Shown: in pieces, positions 35,828-48,700 of the stretch
Layout of the letters: every line of letters starts with the position of its first letter
Numbering within the stretch: the first letter of the stretch is position 1
Source of the DNA: Selaginella moellendorffii
Taxonomy: Eukaryota; Plantae; Lycopodiophyta
Direction: 5' to 3'
NCBI RefSeq assembly: GCF_000143415.4
Contig: NW_003314307.1
Location: forward strand, 1,096,952-1,160,951
DNA length: 64,000 nt
Program-made: the position numbers and the translations under genes
The notes under the pieces: model-generated
Seen by the model: only the letters and a program-made list of their open reading frames with translations
What the model was told of the DNA's origin: nothing
Database searches by the model: none

Positions 35828-35830
<3 letters not shown>

Positions 35831-35875
<45 letters not shown>
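35831..35875. repeat. (TA)n microsatellite
   Basis: About 22 perfect TA units. Confidence 0.97.
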
Positions 35876-35878
<3 letters not shown>

Positions 35879-36034
35879 AAAAGGAAAACATTATATAATT
35901 ATTGATTTTTGTACTCATTCAACACAAAGATTAATTTGTGTTTAAAGATGCTTATATTTGTTGCCATAGGCTATACATTTGGCATCTTGGAAATTCTCAA
36001 AAAAAAACCAACCCTAGAAGACTCAAGATCTTAA

Positions 36035-38224
36035 ATGTCACTGTGGCACGAGAACACAGTAGTGGCGAGCTACAATGAGATTTGCGAGGCTGGAGCAAAG
36101 CCCACCATTTCCATCACCGCCATCATCTCGGCTCTCAAGGCATGCGGCAACAATGGAGACCTCGACGCTGGTAAGAGACTCCACTCCAGCCTCCTCCTCC
36201 ACCGCCATAGCTGCGAGCTCCACACCAAAGTCTCTAACACTCTGGTCCGAATGTACGCAAAGTGTGGGAGCCTGGACGATGCTCACCGCGTGTTTGATTC
36301 AATGCCCAGCCACGATGTTGTGTCGTGGAACTCTCTCATGTTTGGCTATGCCCAGATTGGAGATGCCCACTCGGCTCTTCACCTCCTCTCGACCATGCAA
36401 TCGCGGAACATAGAGCCCAATTCTCTCAGCTACGTCGCGGTTCTCAAGGCCCTCTGTGCAAGCTTGGAGATTCATAGCGAGAAAGAAGAACTGGAAGAAA
36501 CCATCCAAGCTGACGAGATTCAAGGAAAGTTTCTTGGAGTATCATATGATCTTCGGTGGTTTCTAGACAAGGGAGTGTTCGTTCACTTGGCAGTAGCGAG
36601 GAGAGGATTCGCGATGGACTTGATACTTCTCAATTCCTTGATCCATATGTATGCAAGGTGTGGGAGCTTGCGAGAGGCGCAGCGAGTTTTTGATCGAATG
36701 CAATACCACGACGTGATCTCGTGGACGTCTCTCATCTCCGGCTATGGCGAGACTGGCGAGCTCGATCTGGTTTTGCGCTTGCTATCGCTCATGCAAGTCG
36801 AAGGGATCGCTCCCAACTCCGTGACTTACGCCGCGGGTTTCAAGGCTTGCTCAACGAGTGCCGAGAGAGAACGAGGCGTGCTTCTAGCCGGGAAGGTCGT
36901 GAAAGTGGTGTCGCTGCGAAAGGCCAAGCTCCTCCACTCTCAAGTAGCGAAATCCCGGCTCGAGATGGAGATGCTCGTCGCAAACTCGCTGCTGAGGATG
37001 TACGCCAAGTGTGGGAGCTTGGAGGAGATGAGGGGAGTCTTCGATAGGATGGCTGCTCGAGATCTCGTATCTTGGAACTGTGTGATCCTTGGCTATGCCG
37101 AGTGTGGCGAGGGCCGAGCTGCGCTAGAGCTCTTCTCGGAGATGGCATTGATTCCAGTCGTCCCGGATGCTCGGACTTTCGTGGCCGCTCTCAAGGCCTG
37201 TGCAAGCTTCGATGGTAGCAGCGATGGAGTGAAAGCTCTGTGCTTGGAAAAGGGAATGGAGATCCACTCGCAAATCGTCCAGAGGAGCCATGGAGGCGAG
37301 CTCGAGGCAAAGGTGGCGAATAGCCTCGTCAACATGTACGCCAAGTGTGGAAGCTTGCAAAGCGCTCGAGAGGTGTTTGAGAGGATGCCGAGCCGCACGG
37401 TCGTGTCCTGGAACGCTCTCATCTTCGGCTACGCCGAGAGTGGCGATGCGAGGCTGGCGGTGGAGCTCTTCTGCCGGATGAAACGCGAGAGCACCGTGAG
37501 AGCCGACACTCTAACTTTCGCCGCGGTGCTCAAGGCCTGTGGAAGCCTGGGGGACCTGGAAACCGGGAGGAAGATCCACGCCGAGGAGATTGGATCAGTC
37601 CACAGGCACGATCCCGTCGTTGGGAGCTCGCTCGTCAGCTTCTATGGCAAGTGCGGGAGCGTGGACGAAGCTCGCCAAGTCTTCCACTCCATGGATCGAG
37701 GCAGCAAGGATCTGGTGACTTGGAACTCGCTGCTGGAAGCTCACAGCCACGCGGGAGACACGAGCAGCGTGTTGGATCTCTTCGAGCAAATGCTGCGCGA
37801 GCGTGTCCAAGTGAACGGCGTGACTTTCCTCTCGCTGCTCACGGCTTGCAGCCACGCGGGGCTGGTCGACAAAGGCCGGGAGTTCTTCGAGCTCATGAGC
37901 ACCAAGTTCGGGATCTCTCCAAACATGTTGCACTACACCTGCCTGGTGGATCTCCTGGCCCGTGCAAACCATCTGGACGAGGCGGTGGCGGTGGTGGAGA
38001 GGATGCCTTTCGAGCCCGACTCCACAGTGTGGGCCTCGGTGCTGGGAGCGTCGGAGAAGTGGAGAAACGTGAGCATCGCGGAGATGGCGTTCGACTCGAT
38101 GATCAAGCTGAACGACAGGGACGCTGGAGCCTACGTTGTCATGGCCAACGTGTATAGAAGAGCTGGAATGGTGGACCAAAGCTGCAAAGTTCTCGAGCGA
38201 GCTGGCGGAAGGGCTGGGAGCTAG
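36035..38224 (+). CDS. PLS-class PPR-E protein with insertion-bearing L motifs
   Basis: Intronless 729 aa. P-L-S triplets 'LVNMYAKCGSL..AREVFERM...VVSWNALI.GYA'; E domain 'HYTCLVDLLARANHL...MPFEPDSTVWASVLGA...AYVVMANVY'. No DYW. Confidence 0.94.
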   Translation: MSLWHENTVVASYNEICEAGAKPTISITAIISALKACGNNGDLDAGKRLHSSLLLHRHSCELHTKVSNTLVRMYAKCGSLDDAHRVFDSMPSHDVVSWNSLMFGYAQIGDAHSALHLLSTMQSRNIEPNSLSYVAVLKALCASLEIHSEKEELEETIQADEIQGKFLGVSYDLRWFLDKGVFVHLAVARRGFAMDLILLNSLIHMYARCGSLREAQRVFDRMQYHDVISWTSLISGYGETGELDLVLRLLSLMQVEGIAPNSVTYAAGFKACSTSAERERGVLLAGKVVKVVSLRKAKLLHSQVAKSRLEMEMLVANSLLRMYAKCGSLEEMRGVFDRMAARDLVSWNCVILGYAECGEGRAALELFSEMALIPVVPDARTFVAALKACASFDGSSDGVKALCLEKGMEIHSQIVQRSHGGELEAKVANSLVNMYAKCGSLQSAREVFERMPSRTVVSWNALIFGYAESGDARLAVELFCRMKRESTVRADTLTFAAVLKACGSLGDLETGRKIHAEEIGSVHRHDPVVGSSLVSFYGKCGSVDEARQVFHSMDRGSKDLVTWNSLLEAHSHAGDTSSVLDLFEQMLRERVQVNGVTFLSLLTACSHAGLVDKGREFFELMSTKFGISPNMLHYTCLVDLLARANHLDEAVAVVERMPFEPDSTVWASVLGASEKWRNVSIAEMAFDSMIKLNDRDAGAYVVMANVYRRAGMVDQSCKVLERAGGRAGS

Positions 38225-38283
38225 CAGTTCACCTCAAAGTACTCGTGTATCAAACATCGAGAGAGCTCTGTTGATTGAAACTC

Positions 38284-39247
38284 TTATCGGAGTTCCTCTC
38301 CACAGCTAGTGATGAGCACAGGCTTGACGGGCCTGTACCAAGAACTCCTGGCATTGCTAGCACGGACGTCGCCCAAGATCTGGGCGATGTTGTTAAACTC
38401 GCGGACTCGGTCGCTGGGTTTGAAAGTCGGCATGGCTGCGATCGATGCCACAATATCAATCCCTGCAAAGAAAATTGCCACCTCACCGAGCCCAAGAGAT
38501 GAGAGAAAAAAAAAGAGTTTTACCTTGAAGAACAGTTCCAAACACGATGTTTCGATTGTCCAGGTCGGGAGCTGGGCCTGGGCCTGGCGAAGAACACAAG
38601 AGCAAAGAAACCGAGATGGAAGATCGATCTCAATGAAAGGAAGAGAAGAAGATTATCGTGCCTGTGGTGATCATGAACTGGACGTTGCGATAATCCGGAT
38701 TGAGCCGGATGGATTCGTCGTCGTCGTTCTCGGCCAGGCACAGCGACACCGTTCCTGGACGGCTGTGGCGGAGGAGGAAAGATCTGGGACTGACCGTGTC
38801 GGGGTTGGATTCCAGATAATCTGGCGATGGCGGAGAAACCTCGCCCTTCTCTTTGGATCCCTGGTGCCCGGCTTGGATGTAGCGGCCCTGGATCACTTTG
38901 TGGAAGACCGTGCCTTGGTAGGAGCTCCCCGCCGCGCCGGTGGCCATGGCCTTGATCAATCGGGTTGTGTGTGGCACTTGATTGCCGTAGAGGCCGATCA
39001 CGACACGGCCAAGGGGCTGCGAATCGGAATCGCTGCACGTCGGCCGGCCCCCCGCGGGCGTGTTGCTGCTCTGGCATAGCCCCAGATTGAAGAACACTCG
39101 ATCGGTGATGCTCGTGTCAACAAGATCGAACGAAGGAGTGGCGGAGGCGGCAAGAGTCGACGATGCCGCGGCAGCTGTGGCGGCGAGCAAGGCGATGCGT
39201 CTGCCGCATTGGTAATCGCAGCAGGAAGGCGGCGAAAGAATCACCAT
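38284..39247 (-). CDS. CYP28: Thylakoid-lumen cyclophilin-type PPIase, CYP28-like (3 exons)
   Basis: 'ITDRVFFNLGLC...LGRVVIGLYGNQVP', 'NPDYRNVQFMITTG|PGPAPDLDNRNIVFGTVLQG|IDIVASIAAMPTFKPS...SCGEELR*'. Twin-Arg 'GRR' plus hydrophobic segment. First intron 38584-38661 is GC-AG. Confidence 0.9.
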
Positions 39248-39309
39248 CTAGTTCCTTCTAGAGAAGTATTTTTTAGGGTTCTTCCAAGAACCACTCCCCG
39301 AGAAGAAGA

Positions 39310-40470
39310 ATGGGGGAGGCCCGGCGAATGGAAGAGGCTGAGATCGACGAATTCGAGGTCGTGGATCTGGTGCCCGCACCGCTGCTGCCCAGACACAGGA
39401 AGACGAAAAGGCGGTGGATCAAGATCATCGGAATCGCTGCTCTCGGCGTAGCTCTAAGCATCGTGTTTGCGATCTGGATCCTGCCGCTGCTGCTCGACAA
39501 GGTCAGTCTCTTCCATCGACCGAGTCCTACGGTCGATCCGGCCCGAAATTTCGGTCTTCTTCTCTCACGGCAGGGGAAATTTCTTCTAAAACCTCTTCTT
39601 TCTCCTCTCGCCAGATCGTAATCCCGGTGCTGGTGTGGGTAGCGTCACGATTCAAGCGGCATCAGCTGGCCCTGGTGCTCATGGCGGCTCTCTCCATCTT
39701 CCCGGTCTTGCTCATTCCATCCGGGCCGCCGATGTGGTTGTCCGGCATCATCTTTGGCTATGGAATCGGCTTCATTATCATCATGGTTGGCACGACCATC
39801 GGCCAAACGCTCCCATACTTCGTCGGCCACTACCTCTTCCATCACCGCATCCAAGTAAGCAACCATTTCATTTTCTTCTGTTTGCTCTTCGTCTTTGTCA
39901 AGCATTGTTTTTCATTATCTTTTCGATTGATCTAAACTTTCCTGGCTTGGCAGGAATGGCTTTCAAAGTGGCCACGAAAGGCTGCCGTGCTCAGAGCTGC
40001 TGAATCCGGTGGCTGGTTCCACCAGTTCCGCACTGTGACGCTCCTCCGAGTCGCCCCGATCCCTTACACGCTCTTCAACTACGCCATCGCCGCGACCAAC
40101 ATCGAGTTCTGGCCTTACATCGCCGGCTCCATCGCTGGAATGGTCCCAGAAGCCTTCATCACCATCTACAGGTAAAAAGCTCTCACTTTTCGTTTACGTG
40201 TCAAGGATCTAACAAGCTTTTCTTCGCAGTGGGAGGCTGCTCAAGAGTTTGGCCGACGCCAAGCACGCCAAGCGACACATGAACGCTGTGGAGATCACCT
40301 ACAACGTCGTGGGCTTCTGCGTGGCACTGGCAGCCGGGATCTCACTCACGGCCTACGGCCGGAGAGCTCTCCAAGAGATGGAACTCAAAGCCGAGCAACA
40401 ACTTCCGACCTCGCCCAGCCTCCAACTAGAGAGCGTGGAGCTGGATCCCCAGCGTCGCCCTCTTTCTTAA
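39310..40470 (+). CDS. TVP38/TMEM64 (SNARE-associated Golgi, VTT/DedA) membrane protein, 4 exons
   Basis: Exons about 39310-39501, 39615-39854, 39954-40171 and 40230-40470 with GT-AG borders. Motifs '[22 protein letters not shown]' and '[15 protein letters not shown]...[15 protein letters not shown]'. Confidence 0.92.
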
Positions 40471-40534
40471 GAACAACAAAAATCAGGCAAGAACTACCTA
40501 AGAAAATCTGTTTCATACGGTGAGCGCTATGATA

Positions 40535-41406
40535 CTACTTGGCCTCCTTTTTCACGAACTTCTCAATCTTCTCCAGCCAACGAATGTACTCCTGGCGTTC
40601 CTTCTCCGGCATGTAGTTGACAAGGAAGTTACACAGCTCCTCGTTGATGCCTCGGGCCTCCAGGTACTTGGTAAACTGCTTCTGGAGGTTCTCATCCAAT
40701 TCCCTGGAAACGAAAACGTTCGCAGCAGATCAAACGACCAAGACCACCAAGATCGAGGGACTTACCCGAAGACTGGGCCGGTGTAAGCAAGCTCGTCGTC
40801 CTTGCTCGACTCGTCATCCAGATACGAGATCTTCTCGATCTCGATCTCGCCCTGCGAGCACGTACAGCTTATCTCCAGCGACGGGCCATCGCCTCCCTTG
40901 GCGATGGTGACCACCATATGGATCTCCTCCTGGGAAACTGGAGTGTCGGGCTCGTCCTCCTCGCTCTCCTCTTCCTCCTCCGGCTCATCGTAAGGCGAGA
41001 CGCGGAACAGGCACGTCACTGCGATGTCCTCCGAGTTGTAGGAGCGGCGGAGGATCACCTCTTGCCTCCCGCTCTCGTTGTGGAGCGTGAAAGGCGACGG
41101 TGGCTTCACCTTGATATCCTAGAGCAAGAACACAAGGAAAGATAACGCACGGAAGACAAACAGTTTGCTCACCTCGCCTTCGTTCTCGCCTTTCTCGTGC
41201 TCAATCTCCGACTTGAGAACCTTCAAGAGGCCACTGTCGCCGGAAGAGGATTTGGAGCCAAAAGCTCGGACTGACGATGACGATGCTAGCGCTGCGAGCG
41301 GGATGGAACGGGTGAGGGCGAGCGAGTGCCTGGGAGCTGCCACTGCGGGAAGAAATCTCGCAACGGCATAGCTTCCGAGGCGTCGCCCAAGAACACGTGA
41401 CGCCAT
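40535..41406 (-). CDS. Mitochondrial glycoprotein (MAM33/p32 family), 3 exons
   Basis: Arg/Ala-rich presequence, 'LLKVLKSEIEHE', 'VILRRSYNSEDIAV', 'YTGPVF|..LDENLQKQFTKYLEARGIN...EYIRWLEKIEKFV'; stop at 40535-40537. Confidence 0.92.
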
Positions 41407-44400
41407 AGCCGAAAAGCCCTAAGCCCTAAACCCTTAGGGCCGGCATAGCTTTATACATTTTCCTGGGTAAGTGATTTCTTGGCCTTTGAACTTCGTCCCA
41501 CAGCCGGTTAGTAGTCCTGGATTGTGAATTTTAATGCGAAAGTCTCATGGCAATAGCTTTTGGGTCATGGGAATTGTCTCCAAAAGAGTATACTTTGAAG
41601 TGAGAGGTCTTCAAATTTGCAAGAGAAGAATCCATGGAAGATTGTGCTAGAGCATAAGAATTCAAGTTGAGAGCACAAGAATGCATGGAGTGAGAGACTA
41701 GATGGGTAAGTTCTTTGGTTGGTGGGTGGTATAAACATCTTTTGGATGCAAAGACTGGGTGGCTATGGTGTTTTTTTTATTATTTTCTTTATCAAATAAT
41801 AATACATAATTATAAAATGTATTTTGGAAGATTATAAGTTTTGGTTGAACACTAACTGGTGCTCATTGATCTTAGAGATATGCTAGTATATGTTAATGAT
41901 GGTTTATTAGCACCAACATGCTACATCACTTAATAGTTATATATGTCTTCCATGGTAATTCTATATCTGTTATTATAAATTTTTGCATATAATATCAAGA
42001 TGTGTGCAAATTTCCTATTTGAATTGGTTATATACAACTTGATGGGGCTTTTCTTAGAATTTGTATTAATACATCATTATTAGCTCTAATTTCCTCACTT
42101 GGTGGATTGAATTCTATGTTTGCTAGATGTAGTAGTTAATTTGATTGCACAATTCCTTATTCAAATGGTAGGTTTTGCAGCAGAGAGTGAATCAAAATCC
42201 TAACCTGGGTTCTAATGTTATTAAAGTGTTAATACAATGACTCAACATTCAATAGTCCTTTCTGCCTTCTTATCATCCTAAAACAGATGGCTTTGTTGAT
42301 GGCTTAAATGGACATTCAAAGGAATGATTGTGGAGTATATATGCACCTGTAACATTTGAAATGAAATTTTATTTGCACTTTTCTTAAATGTCTATGACGT
42401 GCACAATCTTTCTTTTTATACTAAGAGTTTAGACCTTTTGTACCTTTATTTCAACTTTGTAATGCTCATGTTCAAAGAAAACACGATCTCCAAAATAGTA
42501 TCTCCTTTACAGAGCTACAAATGTAGGAGACTTGGTGTAAAAGCTCACTATTGAAAAGCTCCATGCTCACTTTCAATTCCCAAACTACCCTTGCCACACT
42601 ACCACATAATCTGTCTACCAGCTCCATGCCCTGCTCCAATATGATTGACAACCCCAGCATGATCAGTATACACAATGGCTCCACTGCGGCTGGCGCACAT
42701 GAGCTTGAGGACTGCTCTCCACTTCTTCCTCTTCACCTGCGCCATCAGCAGGATCCGCTAGAGATTGGGGCTCCTCTAAGTTGCAAGCTTGCGACAGTTG
42801 ATAGTGATGGAGATTTCTTGTAGGCACTCGTTGATCAGCTCCCCAAGAAATCACAGTGGGCAGCAAGCAGTGGTGAGGGCTTCCTTGCTGGTCTGAGCCC
42901 TTTGTGCCAAGTATCACTGCTCTTCTGCAGAATGCTAAGTATATGCATCTGCAATTCAAAACAAAATTTCTAAAAGTCAAACACTTTGTTCGCTTAAACT
43001 ATGTAGTTATGATTTCATAACACATCAAAAACACAAAAATCTGGTGCATTTATAGCAATGACAAGATTTATAGTTTCTGATGATATATACCATAGTTGTG
43101 CCTCTTGGAGAAGACTCTTCAAGTCCTTGATAAGTGCCAAGCAATTTCCAACTAGCCAGAACCTTAGTTGATTAAGCATCTACGTTCTTTCCTTGGCCTC
43201 TACAATTATCTGTGTAAATTTGTTGAAAATTATGCATCTATAGCTGCATCACTCACTGATATTTTATATTTTCAAGCTTTCTACCAGGTTTTTCCTTAAA
43301 CTAAAAACTCTCTCCCACAATGAGCCAAAGATTGTCGCTTTCTGAACTTGTGTGGCGTTTTTTAGTAAAGCCGCTTAACATGGTGGTTTAGTTAATGCCA
43401 TACATGCCAAGATGTGGCCAACTAGGACAGAGGCAACAATAGAGTTTAGCTAGAGTTTAGAGTTTAGTTTAGAGCTAAACCGGATTTGCGACAGCTTTGG
43501 TTCTTGCAAACAAACTTAATGATTAAGAATGTAGCTATATTAAAATGAATATCCAATTTGTAAAGTTTGGCTAGAGCTCATTTCTGTTATAAGCTAGATC
43601 TTCACTCTAGTTATTATCTAGTGGCTAATGAAGATTACTTTAAAACACAATTATGCCATTTGGTTTGTGCAATGTGCTTGCAACAAATGGATCCACTTGT
43701 CTGGCTTGAGCCCTATCTTCACCAACCTCTCACCCACTTGCCTCTAAGCTTGTCTAGTATGGCTACAGCAGCTCCCAAGCCCTTCTAGTAACAAGGATGC
43801 TGCAGCCTCCACACTCCAGCTCCTATCATCTCTGAGAACACTAGCCATCTGCAATCATATAGAGATTCCGCCACCCAGATCACAAAAAAAAGTGGCAAGC
43901 TTCTTTGTCCATCCAGATTGTGTTGGGCTGCTACAGCTTGTGATTGACTATAAAAAGCTTGGGAGCACCCTGTTTCTACATCCAATCTTGAGCCTAAAGA
44001 GATACCTCACTAGGAACACTCTCCTCTCTAAGGTGGAAACTTCTCCAATGCTCATGGTTGTCTAAGGGGTGTATCCCTAAACTTTAAACTCTCACCTTTT
44101 ATTTTCTTCCAGGACCAAGATTCCCTTACTGCTTGATTGTCCTTGTGTGAGATTCTCGTATCCAGATTCCTAATATTCTGCCATTGTCCTATGAATGTGA
44201 TTTTGCATTGAGCCATACCCCCTAGAAAACCAGCACCTTAATTCTCTCTACTCACCTCTTAAAATCTTAAAATTAGATAAACTGAGACAATAACAACATT
44301 ACAACATATTGAGCAAACAAATTTAGTTTGTTTTCCAAATTCTTTAATACACAAATGATATATCAAACTTTTTTTATAGTGAAAGAGACTATATTAAGTA

Positions 44401-45799
44401 CCAGATCACAAGTTTATAAAGCTCGACTATGATATTCAACAATATAGCAATTATATTATTACTATATTCTCTTATGTGGAAAATATTTTATGTAAAAAGA
44501 TACACATTAGCATATTGATTTTATAAATTAAATATTGCAAAAACATAGCAAAAAATGTTATACTTTAATATTATTTATATTCAAAACTAATCAAAGGAAA
44601 GAATTTATGAAAATATACAATTCTAAATCTCTTTTACATGGTATTGTGTAGTTGTGCATTTAACTTGGATGCACACTATTGAAACTATAGCACACCTTCC
44701 AGTTTAGCAATAAAATTTAATAATTCCACATATGGTGTATTTTATAGATTTTATTTCTAATTTTAAAATATACTAAGTTCAATAGTTTATATTTTAAAAG
44801 AAAAATGTTATATATATATATATACACACTTAAAACAATATGAATACAAAATAAAATTTGAAATAAATTATATTATTTAAACAGAGCTTGACATAATTTT
44901 AGCATGCTGGTGGCCTTATTGATACCTTATTGATTACTCTAGTATAGAATTTGGGCTTAAACACAATCTGGAATGAGTTCTTGAAGGCTTCACTTGTAGT
45001 GAAAAGAGCTTTGAGCAATCCTCTATATCCCAAGAGATCTAAGTTCATATGCATTAAGTTTGTTGATGGTTTTTGTATTCTTGTTGGAATGCATGCCAAG
45101 CTTGTAAACTATCACCATATTAGCTTCTAAATTGTCAACTTGGATCATTGTCATAACCTTGCAATTCTTTAAGACTTTTCAAATGTCTTTTTAACAACTC
45201 ATAGCACAGATCATCATCATCAGCAAAGATGTGTTCCTCAACTTCAATATCATTTCATATCAGCTTGAGTATTCCCATGATCATTCTTTGCAACATTACT
45301 CCATCCAGTTGAGGTGAGTAGCTTTGGTTGGAGTTCACAAAGTAACGTCTTTTGGTTCCACTTACACTTCAGGTAAGGAGTGAAGAAATAAAAGCACAAA
45401 ACAACATTAGAATAGTCTTAGAACATCCAAAATCTTAATGCTAAAATCTGTACATAAAATAAAGCCAAACAAATATTAATGTTATTTCAACATACTATGG
45501 TTTAACATATCCACTACCTAGCATAGTATGGAGCTTGAGCTTAGAACCAAACTAAACACAAAACAAGAATAAACATACTTAATGGGGAGTTAAATAATGT
45601 CTCAAGTGGTTGGCCATGCCTTTCACCTACTATAGTGCACCTAAATTTAAAAATAAACTTCAAGTTTATTACATTATAAAATGAGTGTTTAATATATACT
45701 CAAATCCCTTATAAGCACCAACTTTTTATATTTAGTTTTTATATATAAAATATTGGAGGATTAGCCTATTGGACGTCATACCAAACCTCAAAAACTTGT

Positions 45800-48700
45800 G
45801 GTCCAATTTGCTGTAACACCTGATATGGTCCTTTCTACTGAGCAAGGAGCCCCTTAGATAAACCACATACCGTAAGATGGGGAGAATGGACTAACACCAA
45901 GTTATCCACTTTGTACTCCGTAGGTGGACGATAATGGGAATTGTAACGCTGTTATTGTTCCACTTGTATATAGCTTAAGTGTTTGGCAAACTCTATTTAG
46001 ACAAGTGGAAGAATGTTTGTCAAATACTAATCCCATGACCTAGTATCAGCAGCTCGTGGTAATTGCAAAGGTAAACCCAACTCTATTGGTAATATTGGAT
46101 CATAACCATATAAGAGTTTATATAGTGAAGCACCAACAGAACTCTGTACCCATGTGACATAATGTATATCGAAGAAATGGCAAATAACCATCCTAATTCA
46201 AATGCTGAAAGTTCATGTACTTCACAATCATTTCTTTGAATGTCCAAACGAGCTATTCCACCAAACCATCTGAATATAGATAATAAACACTCATGAAAGT
46301 GTGGTGTATCCCCAATCAAGACATTAAAATATAAAATGCCTCAACCATAAATACGGGATGATTATCCGAAAGAATCCACTCTGGACAAGAATGCTAAAAC
46401 ACTACTCGATTGAGGAGGAAGTATTTAACAGTAGTTGTAAAAACACTAACAAGAGCATCAACTTCCACTCAACGAGTCAAATAGTCAGAAACAATAATAA
46501 TATATCCATTACTAGTAGTTGACCATGGAAAAAGTCCCATAAGATCAAACGCCACAAACTCAAATAAGTGGGAAACTACAATTAACTCCAATTGTCCTTC
46601 TGTGGCATGAGGGGGAGTATTACGAGCTTAGCACCAAACACTGCTACACATATATCGGATAATATCATGTCACATCTTTGGCCAATAGAAATACTTGCAT
46701 AGCTTTTCGGTTACACGACAATGTCTTATATACCCACCTAGAATAGAAAAATCATGGTAAGTATAGAGAAATTGTGCAATAAAAACAAAAGGCACCACCA
46801 ACCTTAAATGATCATCAGGATCTATCCCCACAAAATAAAGAAGGTCGTTTTCAAGACGATATTAAGAATATAAATGCCGGAATAGTAAGTTATCAGTGAG
46901 TGATATAGAATTCTCAAACCCATCTTAAAGCCTTCAAATCCATAGCTTAATCTTTTGAGCTTCGAAAATCTCATCAAGAGAAGGTAAATCTTGCTTTACA
47001 CTTTGTGAACACAAGTATAACAACTGCTGACGGTACAGAATCCTCATATAGAAAATTCACAGATGCTAGAACAACAAGCTCGTCAGAAACATGAGAAGAG
47101 AGTGAAGAAGGAAGAGGAGCTCAAAAAAGGGCATCAGCATTAGCCATAGAACTCCCTGGGGATAAATAATATCAAAATCATATATCTAAAGCTTTAAAGC
47201 CTATCGAGTAGTACAACCAACCAAGTTCTTTTGTTTCAATAATAAAGTAATGGCAACATAATCACCTTTTAGTAACATTCGAGAACTATGTAGTTATGCA
47301 TGAAGTTTCTCAAAACTAAACTACTGCTAAACACTCTTTCTCTATCATGGAGTAGTTTACCTCAACTGGTTGTAATGTATAATTTATATATACAATGGGA
47401 TGGCACTGACAAAGCACATTTAGGTTCTCTTGCATCAACACACCTCCAAGATCAATATTAGAAGCATCTATGCGGAAAATGAAAGTTCAAGTGTAATTAA
47501 AATATGCCAATACCAGAGGAGTCATCAATAGCTCTTTGAGATCCATGAATGCCCGCTCATAATCCGGAGACCAGATGAAAAAAGATATTAATAACTTCAG
47601 TAACACTCGCAACGGTGTAGTGGGATTAGAAAGATGATCCACAAAATGATCAAAATACTGCACCTTGCCTAGGAAACACTACATATCATTCACACATTTC
47701 AGAGTAGGGAACTTTAGAATAGCTACAAGTTAATCAGGATCAACTTGCAAACCCTCACAAAGAAATACAGTACCTAAGATAAGTTGTGTTTTTAGACCTA
47801 AACACGCACTTCGACCACTTCAGCTTTAAACCAACATTTCATAACCGATTCAACACTTTAAAAACATCATGTACATGCTCCTCCCACGTCCCCTTTAAGT
47901 GGATCAAGACATTATCAATGAAGTTAGTAGTCACTTTAGGCATATTGCAAAAAACCTCGTCTATTATTTGCTAGAAAGTTGCTGGAGCATTGTTCAAATT
48001 AAACAGCATCACCAAGAACTTATACAAACCAAACAGTGTATAAAAAACAATTTTAGGAATATCTTCTTCAACCATCAATACTTACTAATACCCAAAAGCA
48101 AGATCTAGTTTGGTGAACTAATGACTTCTCCCCAGATAATCCAAGAGATCAGTAGTGTGAGGAAGATGGTACACATCCGGGATTATCACTTCATTTAATG
48201 TGATAGTCAATGCAGAAATGAATACTCCCATTAAGCTTTATCATACAATGAGGTTCACATACTTAAGGACTTTGTGACTTCCAAATAACACCCTTCTCTA
48301 ACATCTCTTTGACATTTGCACATAAAATTTTGATCTCTTTGGGTGACCGACGATGAATAGGAACCTTGATTGAACGAGCATCCCTGGTTGGAATTAAATG
48401 ACATGTGGCAATCTTGGCCCCAGACGATAGGTCAAATTCAAAGAGATCGGAATACTTCTTCATGAATCGGTCAACTGCTGTAACACAAAGACTGTCGGGG
48501 GGATCAGAAAAGGGAAGAGCAGAACAAGACAGAAACATTGGAGGAAGTAGTGGAGGGACAAAAGTAATGGAAGTAAAGGTAGAAACAAAGGGACGAAGAG
48601 ATACGGAAGTAAGAAGAATGAATAAAATATAAGGAAGTATAAGACAAAGGGGAGAAACCTCAAAGTCACATTTGGCATGATTACATTATAACCAATCCAT

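Noticed and set aside
38309-39079. 256-aa plus-strand ORF
   Set aside because: Antisense to CYP28 with no recognisable domain.
44899-45400. Coding-like minus-strand patch
   Set aside because: Multiple stops and no recognisable family.
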